This document shows, in pieces, positions 9,439 through 18,511 of a stretch of 64,000 nucleotides of DNA. This DNA comes from a virus. The notes under the pieces were generated by a model. It worked only from the letters and a program-made list of their open reading frames with translations, searched no databases and was not told where the DNA came from. Each line of letters opens with the position of its first letter. Position 1 is the first letter of the stretch. The stretch lies in the IMG/VR virus record IMGVR_UViG_3300009788_000088; one strand, written 5' to 3'. The position numbers were made by a program, and so were the translations under genes.

Positions 9439-12054
9439 TTAACATTTCGAATGACCACAATCTACACAGTTGATACACCCTTCAGCCATCCTCAGTTTAC
9501 CACCACACTCCGGGCAAGCGCCAAGGAACTCCTGTAGATTCTCATCTTGTACAAACCGCATGAGGAACTTCTTGATATGATAAACGAAAGACCCCACACC
9601 AACGTTCACCGTATCCAGTGCCTTGATAGTTTCAATGATCGGAACATTATGACGACATAAGAGTCCAACCATCCGGCATATCTTGTCCACGTTTGATTGA
9701 ACGGCCGCTTTCTCTTGTGTCTCTACAATCCGTTCCTCTGGAATTCCATGGGACCGGGCCAGCGTTTCCATGACTTCCACAGCCTCTTCTGCCCACACAT
9801 TCTTCTCACGTGAATTGGTAGAAGCGAAGATTGCAAAAGGCGCTGTCATTTGCTTATCCTTAAAACAGATATGGAGATACCATTTCCGTCCTTCTGACTT
9901 GATGATAAAACCACGGGCCGGATATTCATCTGGTAAAGAAACCTCTTTGAAAACCTCTCCGTTCTCATGACCATCAAAATTCTTAAGAAATTCCCGTATC
10001 TGCTTCTTGGCAGACTTGGTACGCTCTTCAGATTGGGCTTTAGTCTCCAACACAGCCGCTGTGGTGCCCTCTCTATATGTGGTAATACCACGGACACCTT
10101 CAACCCACAAACGTTCCCACAGGCCCTTGTAATCATCCAGAGGGTAATCCCTGTGAAGGTTTACCGTCTTGGACACAGAATTGTCTACATACTGAGAGAA
10201 AATAATAAATGGTGAGAGGTGTTCAGACACATCCAGTTCATGGGCAGACACGAAAATACCCCTCTCCTTCAATTCTTCGAAGTTGGGTAAGTTCTTCTTG
10301 GCCCATGCATACCCGTAGTCTTCACAGTAGATTCTCTCCCTGAATCCGTGATTGGGGTCCAGCATGAAGTTCCCATCCTCAGTCATCAGAACTTCCTCAT
10401 CCCCAAGCTTGACCTTCTTGAAACTCTTGGTCGGGCTGTAATCTCCGTTCACGAAGTCTGGGAAATCCAGTTTATACTTTTTTGCATACCATTTCCAGCG
10501 GTGTGTCTCAATGACCCAACGATAATATTCTTGTTCGAAGACAGGCTCCATACCCCCGGAGACCAGCCCCATGAAAACGCCAGTATTCCCAGTAGGCGCA
10601 CAAGTGGAGAGTTGGGCATTCCTAAGTCCATTTTTGAATATACCTTGACGTTTCCATTCTTCTATAAAGACATCATTGGCAAGAGGTCCGTTGGCTAGAT
10701 AACCTTCTTTCCATATCTTAGCCATATCACAAAGCGGAAAAGCTCCTTTTTCTGTAGCCAAACCCGCCGAAATTTTATATTCATTGCGGCTTTTGTAAGT
10801 AAGAAGCATTGTGGTAAATGTGTTTGCGTCCTGTGAACCGTACCTGAGTCCTAACATGTAGAGCATAGAACCATAACCCAAAACCCCTACCCCGATTTTC
10901 CGGCGGAGTAAGGCGGCGTTCTTTAACCCCTCTAAAGGATACCCGGAGATATCAATAAGGTTATCCAAAGCCCGGACCAAAATGGAGTTGTCCTGTCTGA
11001 ATAACTCCATATCAAATTTAGGGTAACCGCTTTCTTCGTCTACCGAAACATACTGAGTCATGTTGTGGTGACCAAGATTGCAAATGTCACCAATATGATC
11101 CAGCCCTTTGGCATGTCCGGCGTCACCAATCATCCCTATCTCCCCACAGGGATTTGTAGTGCTGACCTTGCCGTGATACCAGAGGTTGTTATATCGGTTG
11201 GCGGCATCCTTGAACCAGATACCGGGTTCATTCCTCTTGTACATGGACTCCATGAGAATGTCCCAAAGGTCACGGGCCGGGATGGTCTCATAGACCTTAC
11301 GGGGGAAGTCATTACTCTCCCATAAATCAAAATCACCGTTCCAGTGCTTGTCATAATCTTTCCAATTAATATCCGGAAACCAAAGCTCCCAGTCAGCATT
11401 TTTGGACAGGGCCTTCATAAACTTATCTGTCACGATGACAGACATGTTGAATTTGGTCAGAACATTCGGAATGTTTTTGGCTTTAATAAACCGAAGTATC
11501 TCCGGATGAGAAATATGTAGCATCCCCATCATGGCACCCTTGCGTACCCGGCGCTTCGGGTTCACATCTGAAGGAACCTGTGTGTACTCTCCGCCGGGAT
11601 GACCTTGAGTCATTATCTCAGATGACTTATCATACAGTTCCATGAATTTGGTTACGCCGGGGGTGCCCACTCCAATACCTTTAATGAAAGTTCCTTGTGG
11701 CCGGAGATGAGAAAAATCGAACCCAATTCCACCCTCCGTCTTCAGGATGTGAGCGGCATTGGTCAAATCTTGGTAGATATTCGCAATAGAGTCCACAGGC
11801 TTAATAGCACGTTGGGCTCCGTAACAATTAAAGTTAGAGGTGTTTTTATAATGGGTTCCTACATTAGCCACGATACGACCGCCAAAGGATATGCGGCGGT
11901 TGATAAGTGCAAGATAGAGTTGATCTCTATACACCCCATCTTCCCCGGCCATAATGGTATTGGCCAGACGTGCCATTGTATCTTCAATCGTTTCATTGCC
12001 GTACTGGTAGTTTTCCCGCCAGATTTGTTCAGAGAACGGGTTGTCAAAAAACAT
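9439..12054 (-). CDS. nrdJ: Class II (adenosylcobalamin-dependent) ribonucleotide reductase
   Basis: FNC, TNPCGEI, ICNLG, APTG and SGGMEP motifs; C-terminal CPEC...EGC-x2-C-x2-CG-x-SKC zinc ribbon typical of NrdJ; no nrdB nearby. Confidence 0.9.
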   Translation of the reverse strand: MFFDNPFSEQIWRENYQYGNETIEDTMARLANTIMAGEDGVYRDQLYLALINRRISFGGRIVANVGTHYKNTSNFNCYGAQRAIKPVDSIANIYQDLTNAAHILKTEGGIGFDFSHLRPQGTFIKGIGVGTPGVTKFMELYDKSSEIMTQGHPGGEYTQVPSDVNPKRRVRKGAMMGMLHISHPEILRFIKAKNIPNVLTKFNMSVIVTDKFMKALSKNADWELWFPDINWKDYDKHWNGDFDLWESNDFPRKVYETIPARDLWDILMESMYKRNEPGIWFKDAANRYNNLWYHGKVSTTNPCGEIGMIGDAGHAKGLDHIGDICNLGHHNMTQYVSVDEESGYPKFDMELFRQDNSILVRALDNLIDISGYPLEGLKNAALLRRKIGVGVLGYGSMLYMLGLRYGSQDANTFTTMLLTYKSRNEYKISAGLATEKGAFPLCDMAKIWKEGYLANGPLANDVFIEEWKRQGIFKNGLRNAQLSTCAPTGNTGVFMGLVSGGMEPVFEQEYYRWVIETHRWKWYAKKYKLDFPDFVNGDYSPTKSFKKVKLGDEEVLMTEDGNFMLDPNHGFRERIYCEDYGYAWAKKNLPNFEELKERGIFVSAHELDVSEHLSPFIIFSQYVDNSVSKTVNLHRDYPLDDYKGLWERLWVEGVRGITTYREGTTAAVLETKAQSEERTKSAKKQIREFLKNFDGHENGEVFKEVSLPDEYPARGFIIKSEGRKWYLHICFKDKQMTAPFAIFASTNSREKNVWAEEAVEVMETLARSHGIPEERIVETQEKAAVQSNVDKICRMVGLLCRHNVPIIETIKALDTVNVGVGSFVYHIKKFLMRFVQDENLQEFLGACPECGGKLRMAEGCINCVDCGHSKC

Positions 12055-12135
12055 TATGAGACTCCTGTTGGGATAAGAGGCGGGGAGGGAAACCGGAGTC
12101 TCCCTCCCCTATGGGCGTGGCAGAGGGGCTATGGC

Positions 12136-13230
12136 TTATCCTTTAGAATCCTTCAATTTCTTGAAGAATTCCGCATCAGGATCATTTTCCTCCGAGGTTT
12201 CCGGAAGTGTTTCGGTGACACTGGCCTCTTGTTCAACCTTCATTTCTTCCCCGAAGGTTTGAATCTCTGCGGTCTGGACCGCAGGAGTTTCCGTCTCCGG
12301 TGGGGAATCGGGCGGTGTGTTTGACGGAGTTTCGGGAGGTGTATCCGGGGCCTTTCCCCCATCCTGTTCTTTGAGCCATGCGGCCAGACCGGAATTATCC
12401 CCAGCATCAACTTTACCGCCGTCTCCGGCTTCTTGTTCGGCACGGAGCATCTTGTCGAAGATGTCCGGCTCGTTGGCATCTCGCATAAACTTCTGGAGAC
12501 TTTCCAACAGAACCTCTCCGCTCTTGAACCGGGACTCTTCCCCAAATTCATCAAGATCATAGACCATACCCAGTACGGCCTGAATCTTCTTACCATCACC
12601 ACCAAGGAACGGAGCGGGGGTCATGAAGGAACAGTTGTCATAATTAGCACGTTTGTCCTTCGTAGCGACCTCAACAATAAAGTCAGCGCCTGTCAGGAGA
12701 TTAAAAGGATTGACACCTTCAATATTCAGTTCCGGGTCGTTCTCCAATTTGCTCATGAGTTTGTTAAAGACAGTGACACCGAACTTCCAGAGCTTCACCT
12801 TACCGGTGTTTTCCGGGTGAACAGAGTCCTTGATAACGAACACGTTGGCTACGTACTGCTTCTTGCGGTAGAACGTGTACGCAATCTGCTTTTCCGGAGA
12901 ACCATCCGGGGCTTTCCAATAAGGCTTGGTTGCGATACAAATATCACACTCCAGCCCGATAGTGGCGGGACATAGTTCCCAGAAAAAACGTCCGCCTCTT
13001 TCTATCCTATGATAGAAGTTGGGAACAAAAGGAACTTTTTTGTCCTCCAGAGGCATCTGGGGCAGGAACCGTACAAGGTGACGGCCCTTTCCATCAGACC
13101 CCCTGTCTGGATACCACGTCTTGTTATCATCAAACCCCGTGGGTGTGGCCTCATCCTTAGCATCCCGGACACTCTCATCCAATTTGCCCATCTGTTCAGC
13201 TAAATACTTATCAAAATCCGTTTCCATCAT
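12136..13230 (-). CDS. gp32: T4 gp32-like single-stranded DNA-binding protein
   Basis: VRFLP, CPATIG-x2-CDIC, ENTGKVKLWKFG, NPF, GADF and NYD motifs; acidic tail ending AEFFKKL; start moved to MMETDF (AAGGAG RBS). Confidence 0.93.
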   Translation of the reverse strand: MMETDFDKYLAEQMGKLDESVRDAKDEATPTGFDDNKTWYPDRGSDGKGRHLVRFLPQMPLEDKKVPFVPNFYHRIERGGRFFWELCPATIGLECDICIATKPYWKAPDGSPEKQIAYTFYRKKQYVANVFVIKDSVHPENTGKVKLWKFGVTVFNKLMSKLENDPELNIEGVNPFNLLTGADFIVEVATKDKRANYDNCSFMTPAPFLGGDGKKIQAVLGMVYDLDEFGEESRFKSGEVLLESLQKFMRDANEPDIFDKMLRAEQEAGDGGKVDAGDNSGLAAWLKEQDGGKAPDTPPETPSNTPPDSPPETETPAVQTAEIQTFGEEMKVEQEASVTETLPETSEENDPDAEFFKKLKDSKG

Positions 13231-13876
13231 TTTCTCCTTTTCCATTACCGTTACCATTACCGTTACTGTTACCATTACCGTCGCCGTCTAATTTTAAATA
13301 ATTATCTGGCTCTTCTTTGAATCGTGTTTTTAGTATATCCCAAACTTCATTTTTTGTTATAAATATTTTTCCTCCTGATACCATTGCAAAATCGTTGATA
13401 ATAAGCCAACGATAAGCCTTTTGAATCATACCATTACGATAAAAGTCCCGTGGATTAGCTTCAAGATTAAGCCAACCAACACAAAAACAAAATGTTAAAG
13501 GATTGATAAATCCATTAGCCAATGCATAAAATAATGGAAATTCATCTTCCTCCATACGACGAAGGTCTTTCTTGATGTGATACTCTGGGGCTTCCAAGAG
13601 CATTGCCACTTCTTGGATGTTGGTGATATTGGATGTAACGTCCGGGACAGCTTTGACATTCGGGAAGAGATAAGCGACTGACAACCAAAGCTTGAGTTCC
13701 TTTTTAGAGGAAACGTTGGCCGCCAGCCATCTATAATGTTTTTGAAGAGGGGAATTCAATAATGTGGACACGGTGATATTCTTCATCCCATGAGCAAACC
13801 GTTGATACTTCACCTTCTTATAATAAGAACGTATCAACACATCATATTGATACGCTACCAATGGGTCTACTTTCAC
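13211..13876 (-). CDS. Probable gp59-like helicase loader
   Basis: Size (221 aa) and position between gp33 and gp32 match T4 synteny; weak INPLTF motif. Confidence 0.5.
   Translation of the reverse strand: MKVDPLVAYQYDVLIRSYYKKVKYQRFAHGMKNITVSTLLNSPLQKHYRWLAANVSSKKELKLWLSVAYLFPNVKAVPDVTSNITNIQEVAMLLEAPEYHIKKDLRRMEEDEFPLFYALANGFINPLTFCFCVGWLNLEANPRDFYRNGMIQKAYRWLIINDFAMVSGGKIFITKNEVWDILKTRFKEEPDNYLKLDGDGNGNSNGNGNGNGKGENDGNGF
13243..13289 (-). repeat. Hexamer tandem repeat (GGTAAY)n encoding a GN tract
   Basis: Plus strand reads ccattaccgttaccattaccgttactgttaccattaccgtc. Confidence 0.8.
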
Positions 13877-14073
13877 CGCTTCCTCTTCAACCCCCCAGAC
13901 GCAATAAGTTCTTCCTTGAGCTTCTTTTTGAGTCGGGGTGTTATCACGTCATCAGCAAAATCCTCTGGGTCTACTCCATTACGAACGCAGTATTCCACAA
14001 TGAGGTCTTTGAGGGGGACATCATGTTTAGCCGCTTCATATTCTATTTTGGCACAAACTTCTGGATTCGCCAT
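13873..14073 (-). CDS. gp33: gp33-like late transcription coactivator
   Basis: DLIVEYC-x2-NGVDPE...ITPRLKKKLKEE pattern; synteny. Confidence 0.75.
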   Translation of the reverse strand: MANPEVCAKIEYEAAKHDVPLKDLIVEYCVRNGVDPEDFADDVITPRLKKKLKEELIASGGLKRKR

Positions 14074-14432
14074 TATTTTTTAATAATCAACTCAGAATCT
14101 TTAGCCTGAGATTTGTTGACAGCGGCGATTTCAGTAGACGTAGCAAGCTGAATTCCCATATAGGATTGACCTACAGCTTTCTTGTATTCATCAAGAAGAC
14201 GCTGTGGAGCGGGAACCCTGAACCGAATTTCGTCTTCGGACACGTTGCAGGAGTAATCCCTCAAATCATCCGTGAACCAAATGATTGCGGTGGGATAAGG
14301 GCCAACACTGATTTGAAAACCATCTGAAGTCATTCCAGTCTTCAGCATAACCGGGTGTAAAACTTTTTCTCCATCCATTTGACCAGCAATAATAGTCCCA
14401 TTTTTAAGCCCGATAATTGACACGTCTTTCAT
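14073..14432 (-). CDS. Hypothetical protein (possible Sm-like beta fold)
   Basis: Likely start MKDVSIIGLKNG with an AGGAGG RBS. Confidence 0.55.
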   Translation of the reverse strand: MKDVSIIGLKNGTIIAGQMDGEKVLHPVMLKTGMTSDGFQISVGPYPTAIIWFTDDLRDYSCNVSEDEIRFRVPAPQRLLDEYKKAVGQSYMGIQLATSTEIAAVNKSQAKDSELIIKK

Positions 14433-14583
14433 TCTGTAACCTCCTTTAGTTTCAATTGTTACACCAGTATATATCATTCGATCAGTTTTGTTATGATTTT
14501 TTTCCCAAAATTCTCCCTTACCATAAAAAGAACATCGGGGTTCGCAATTTACACAAGCTCGACATTGCCAAGGATGAAGGTCT

Positions 14584-14880
14584 CTACTCATCCTTCTTGG
14601 CTTCTTCATACTTCAGCCTAAAGTTTTTCAATTGATCATAAAAATAGGGCTTGAGTTGATAAGTCTCAAGATAAAATTGATCTGGACAAGCTTCACCTTC
14701 CGGAAGCAGAAACTCTGTAACTGATCCAAATCCCGAAGAAGCCGTAACAGAAACACATACCTTGTACACGGCTGTATCGAAATCAGACATGGCCGGAGCC
14801 TGAAGGTCCGGAAGTTCAGTCGGGGGAACGACCTGTGTCCCAACGAAAAAGGCTACTATAATGGCAAATAAAATGTTCAT
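14584..14880 (-). CDS. Secreted or membrane-anchored hypothetical protein
   Basis: N-terminal hydrophobic segment; AAGGAG RBS. Confidence 0.55.
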   Translation of the reverse strand: MNILFAIIVAFFVGTQVVPPTELPDLQAPAMSDFDTAVYKVCVSVTASSGFGSVTEFLLPEGEACPDQFYLETYQLKPYFYDQLKNFRLKYEEAKKDE

Positions 14881-14911
14881 ATCATTACTCCTTTGTTATT
14901 AAAATGACAAA

Positions 14912-15325
14912 TTAATTCTTAAGAGACTTGACCACTTCTGGGTCTGTTATGTGATAAGCCGGAACATGTTTCCAACCTTTATAATCAGCCATGGCTATTC
15001 TGTGCCAGCCATCAATGACCATACTTCCACCTAAATCTGGATCATCTACTAAAATGACCGGGGCGGAAAATTTTGTTTTTTCCGCTTTTTCGGGGTCCAC
15101 TCCTATACTCATCAAATTACCCATTTTATCCCCAGTCTTCTTCCAATCTTTAATCCGTATGGATAACCATTTCACCAAATCTTTCGTGGGTATGTTTGTT
15201 ATCTTAACCTTATCACGATTAGCACGAATCCAACGTTTGGCTTTATCAACATCATACCGAATCAACCCGAACTTAAAAGTTTCGTATTCAAGAAGAATTT
15301 CTCTGAATTCAGCAAATTTTACCAT
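14912..15325 (-). CDS. ParB/Srx-like domain protein with a capsid-targeting-like N-terminus
   Basis: PVILV...VIDGWHRI...A...G...VPA motif. Confidence 0.75.
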   Translation of the reverse strand: MVKFAEFREILLEYETFKFGLIRYDVDKAKRWIRANRDKVKITNIPTKDLVKWLSIRIKDWKKTGDKMGNLMSIGVDPEKAEKTKFSAPVILVDDPDLGGSMVIDGWHRIAMADYKGWKHVPAYHITDPEVVKSLKN

Positions 15326-15708
15326 TTGACTGTCAAAACTTTCCCGCCACCCTTAAAGTCTCGCTTCTTCATGATGGTCTTGACAATCATGTCCATGTCA
15401 CCTTCAAGAGCATCTTTCTTATAGGTAACCGGAAGATTCAATTTAGTCCGCACGTCCTTGATGACCGCTTCCCATTCCTTTTTGGTAAGCTTATCTTTAT
15501 ACCGGGCGATGAATCGCTTGAACACATCAAGGATTTCATCAGCCGTGACACCACCCTCACGTTGGCCTGTCAAAAGCCTGTCTTTAACAACATGCCGGGT
15601 GAACACAATATCAACCCCGAAGGGCTCAAACATCTTATCCAGCTTCTGTTCAAGACTCCGGACTTCCCCCATCGACATTTCATTTACGAAGGTGTTAAAA
15701 CGTTTCAT
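15319..15708 (-). CDS. Hypothetical virion-internal protein (possible BECR-type RNase)
   Basis: Start MKRFNTFVNE; FTRH-x3-DR motif. Confidence 0.55.
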   Translation of the reverse strand: MKRFNTFVNEMSMGEVRSLEQKLDKMFEPFGVDIVFTRHVVKDRLLTGQREGGVTADEILDVFKRFIARYKDKLTKKEWEAVIKDVRTKLNLPVTYKKDALEGDMDMIVKTIMKKRDFKGGGKVLTVKW

Positions 15709-16619
15709 GGGGCGATACTCCATCTCTTATATATTTTTTCAATAAAATCTTCAACGTTTGTGGTTTTTAAATGTCTCATCGCCTTAACCAGAGAATCAGA
15801 ACCGCCACGGGCTTTATAATTATGTATATCATTCTCCAACCCTCTTTTAATATCTATCCGATCTCTCTCATAATTATAACCACGTTGTAGGGTGTCCAAC
15901 AATTCACGCCCATCTTTACTTAACCTTGTCACATTAGCAACCGGACTATGTGCTAATTCTATCCACGGATCGAACGGGTTTCTTCTTTTCCTTCCGGCAT
16001 ATATATTAATACTTAATGGTTCTGTTGACCCAAACAGTCCACTCTTTAGTGGATTGAACGTTTTTCTAATATTACGGGTTCTCCAGTTCCTATCATTATC
16101 ATAAAAATATATAGGAATTTTTTTCTGTTTTGCGATGGTCAAAATATTTCGTATTGATTTCAAGTCTTGTTGATGTATATATTTTTGATCTTCCAAATCA
16201 AAAAACACATGAATGGCTTTAATGTACGATATTGCGTTTGGGATTGTTGAACTTGTACTAAACAAACGATCCTCTGCTTCAGATGCTTGTCTCCCAAATT
16301 CCGGACCCCAATAATCCACAGTCTTTCCTGAATACCTTTGTCCTAACTTTTTTCCATCCAACTCAAAATATAAACCAGTGTAGCCGATACTCTCAAAATA
16401 ACGTGCGTTTGGTGTTCTCGCTGTTGAGAAATAATATATCTTATTTTTGCTTTTCCTTGATGTATCGTCTGATGGTGTTCCCAAACTTAGTGTCAACATA
16501 AATTTGTTCGATTTTAATATACTTTCCGCACTACCAGTGTTAGTTATATGGAATAGAGTATCAGACAGTCCTTCATCAATTAGTGTCTTGTCGTTTATGA
16601 AAGTATTGAATCGTTTCAT
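15705..16619 (-). CDS. Putative ADP-ribosyltransferase-fold virion protein
   Basis: Start MKRFNTFIND; LFHIT...ILKSNKF, YFSTAR and EAED motifs in ART order. Confidence 0.55.
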   Translation of the reverse strand: MKRFNTFINDKTLIDEGLSDTLFHITNTGSAESILKSNKFMLTLSLGTPSDDTSRKSKNKIYYFSTARTPNARYFESIGYTGLYFELDGKKLGQRYSGKTVDYWGPEFGRQASEAEDRLFSTSSTIPNAISYIKAIHVFFDLEDQKYIHQQDLKSIRNILTIAKQKKIPIYFYDNDRNWRTRNIRKTFNPLKSGLFGSTEPLSINIYAGRKRRNPFDPWIELAHSPVANVTRLSKDGRELLDTLQRGYNYERDRIDIKRGLENDIHNYKARGGSDSLVKAMRHLKTTNVEDFIEKIYKRWSIAP

Positions 16620-16896
16620 TCCGTTTAGTCCACTCTTCCAATACGGAGAAAGGGAATACTTGTGATATCCCCTTCTCAATTAAGGTGACATTGTGTCCCA
16701 TTATTTTACCAAGTCTGATATAATCCCCAGTAGCCGGATTGTAACATCCAAGCGCATCCCCGTCTGGCTGGGTGTATCCTTTCCGGGCGGCCAACTTCGT
16801 GAAGACGGACCAAACCTGTTCCCACTTCAGGTATGTTACACTCACTCTGTGTTTCTCCGCCTTTTCGTAAAGGTATACTTGGGAATTAATGACCAC
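16576..16896 (-). CDS. Hypothetical protein
   Basis: Fills the gap between regA and the ART-like gene; start uncertain. Confidence 0.45.
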   Translation of the reverse strand: MVINSQVYLYEKAEKHRVSVTYLKWEQVWSVFTKLAARKGYTQPDGDALGCYNPATGDYIRLGKIMGHNVTLIEKGISQVFPFSVLEEWTKRNETIQYFHKRQDTN

Positions 16897-17246
16897 TCAT
16901 CCCTTTCCGCCGCTTTAAGAACGTAGACTTGTGTGGTCCGGTCCTCAATCCCGTCCTCGTTGGTTAGGATTTCGATGAGACCCCACTTCTCCAGAAGATA
17001 GGCCACGGCGTTCCGCCTCCACCTGTCACTATCTGAAAGGTTGGCGGTTTTTCCATCCAACAAAAACATCTCCTTAAAATGGACAATATAAAACTTGCCC
17101 CTCTTTTGGAGAATGTGGCAGGACTGATAAAGTTTTTTCTGTTTGGTATCCGCTATGCCAATTCTGGTGAGCGTTTCGGCAATAACAGAAAAATCGTTCA
17201 CAAGGGATACTTCAATGAACGACTCTAGGATTTGTTCGACATCCAT
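16842..17246 (-). CDS. regA: RegA translational repressor
   Basis: ETLTRIGIA, LYQSCHILQKRGKFYIVHFKEMFLLDG, RRN and KY motifs. Confidence 0.97.
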   Translation of the reverse strand: MDVEQILESFIEVSLVNDFSVIAETLTRIGIADTKQKKLYQSCHILQKRGKFYIVHFKEMFLLDGKTANLSDSDRWRRNAVAYLLEKWGLIEILTNEDGIEDRTTQVYVLKAAERDEWSLIPKYTFTKRRRNTE

Positions 17247-17289
17247 AGTAAACCCCCTTTCGCATAATAAATACTCATGGTATTTTAAG

Positions 17290-17297
17290 TATTTATC
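17290..17297 (-). promoter_or_regulatory. Near-consensus late promoter (GATAAATACTTAAAA)
   Basis: Shares ATAAATACTTAAAA with the sites at 28368 and 63040. Confidence 0.5.
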
Positions 17298-17324
17298 ATG
17301 GAAAGGGGGTATGGAGTGCTTTGA

Positions 17325-17576
17325 TCAGGCGGCGGCTTCCTTTTCCTTCGGCTGTGAGGCTTCTGGCGAAGCTTGTGGCTGTTGATCCACCGTGGCTTCG
17401 TTCAATTTGTGATCTCCACACCAATCGGTGTTGAAGAGAACAGGCCAGCCATTCATGGTCGGCGAACGGCGGCGACAGCGGCCCACAATACCCATTTTAC
17501 AAACCCAATACATGCACGTGGCACATCTCATGCCTTTTGGCCTGTCGGCCCAATTATCTTTCACTGGTGTTGACAT
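17325..17576 (-). CDS. Cys-rich hypothetical protein
   Basis: CATC, GRCRR and DWCG motifs; GGAGG RBS. Confidence 0.6.
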   Translation of the reverse strand: MSTPVKDNWADRPKGMRCATCMYWVCKMGIVGRCRRRSPTMNGWPVLFNTDWCGDHKLNEATVDQQPQASPEASQPKEKEAAA

Positions 17577-17577
17577 A

Positions 17578-18120
17578 TTAATCCTCCTTTATATCAATGT
17601 AATAAAACGGTCTTCTAACACCCGCCGAAAAATATTCAGCGGCTTCCAAAGCTTTTTTCATTCTTTCTTTCGGACTGCCTTCACTTTTAAAAAGCGACCC
17701 CTTTGCGTAAGGAGCACCACTACCATCAGCTTGGAAATCTAATCTATTTTGATATAACGAATAATCACTGTCAATAGTATAAATTTCACCATCAACCACG
17801 ACTAACAACCACGTTCCCACCATTTCTTCAACTTCATCTTTTTTCTTCTGAAATCCTGAATCGGTCATTACTTTTTTAAGCCACGGAATAAATTTTTGTA
17901 TCATATAATTATGTGTTACTTTTGTTTTTGGTTCGGGTGGATTATCGGCCCCTATTAATAATGATGATGAACGCAATCTTCCGGTTATACCTATTACATA
18001 CCTACCTTTTTTAAAAATTTTCTTTTGTTTAAGAACATCACATTCATATCCTATTGTCATCAACGAATCAGCCCCAACCAAAATTCCATTATCATGTTTA
18101 AGCGCAATAATACATGTCAT
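17578..18120 (-). CDS. HslV/proteasome beta-type Ntn peptidase
   Basis: N-terminal MTCIIA (Thr nucleophile), GADS, K33-like KKIF and GSGAPYAKG. Confidence 0.8.
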   Translation of the reverse strand: MTCIIALKHDNGILVGADSLMTIGYECDVLKQKKIFKKGRYVIGITGRLRSSSLLIGADNPPEPKTKVTHNYMIQKFIPWLKKVMTDSGFQKKKDEVEEMVGTWLLVVVDGEIYTIDSDYSLYQNRLDFQADGSGAPYAKGSLFKSEGSPKERMKKALEAAEYFSAGVRRPFYYIDIKED

Positions 18121-18127
18121 TAGTTAA

Positions 18128-18511
18128 TTAACCTTCTTTATAAAACTTCTTTTGTGATATTATAATTTGAATTTGTTCCACTGTCAGAAGCGCCGTATAA
18201 CTTTCACCTACAGCCTCATCCACCCCATAAATATACATAACAGCCTCTAGCGCCTTGTCTGCCCCCTTCTTATAATACTTAATGAACCGCTTCTTATGGG
18301 GTAAAAGATACCAATAAAAGAGGAAATGTATACGCTTTGGCACGTTGAGACCTGTGGCCACTGTTGCAAGTTGTGCCTCTTTCGATCCTCCAAGGGAGAT
18401 GATACGATTAACCATCCACGGAACATACTCCTTCTCATCGAAGGCGTTAATATCTAATTTTTCACTGAGGTTCTTGACATAATCATATGGAGACCGACCC
18501 TTTTTACTCAC
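18128..18511 (-). CDS. gp62: Clamp loader small subunit
   Basis: SPYDYV...YVPWMVNR...KKRF motifs; follows gp44. Confidence 0.85.
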   Translation of the reverse strand: MSKKGRSPYDYVKNLSEKLDINAFDEKEYVPWMVNRIISLGGSKEAQLATVATGLNVPKRIHFLFYWYLLPHKKRFIKYYKKGADKALEAVMYIYGVDEAVGESYTALLTVEQIQIIISQKKFYKEG

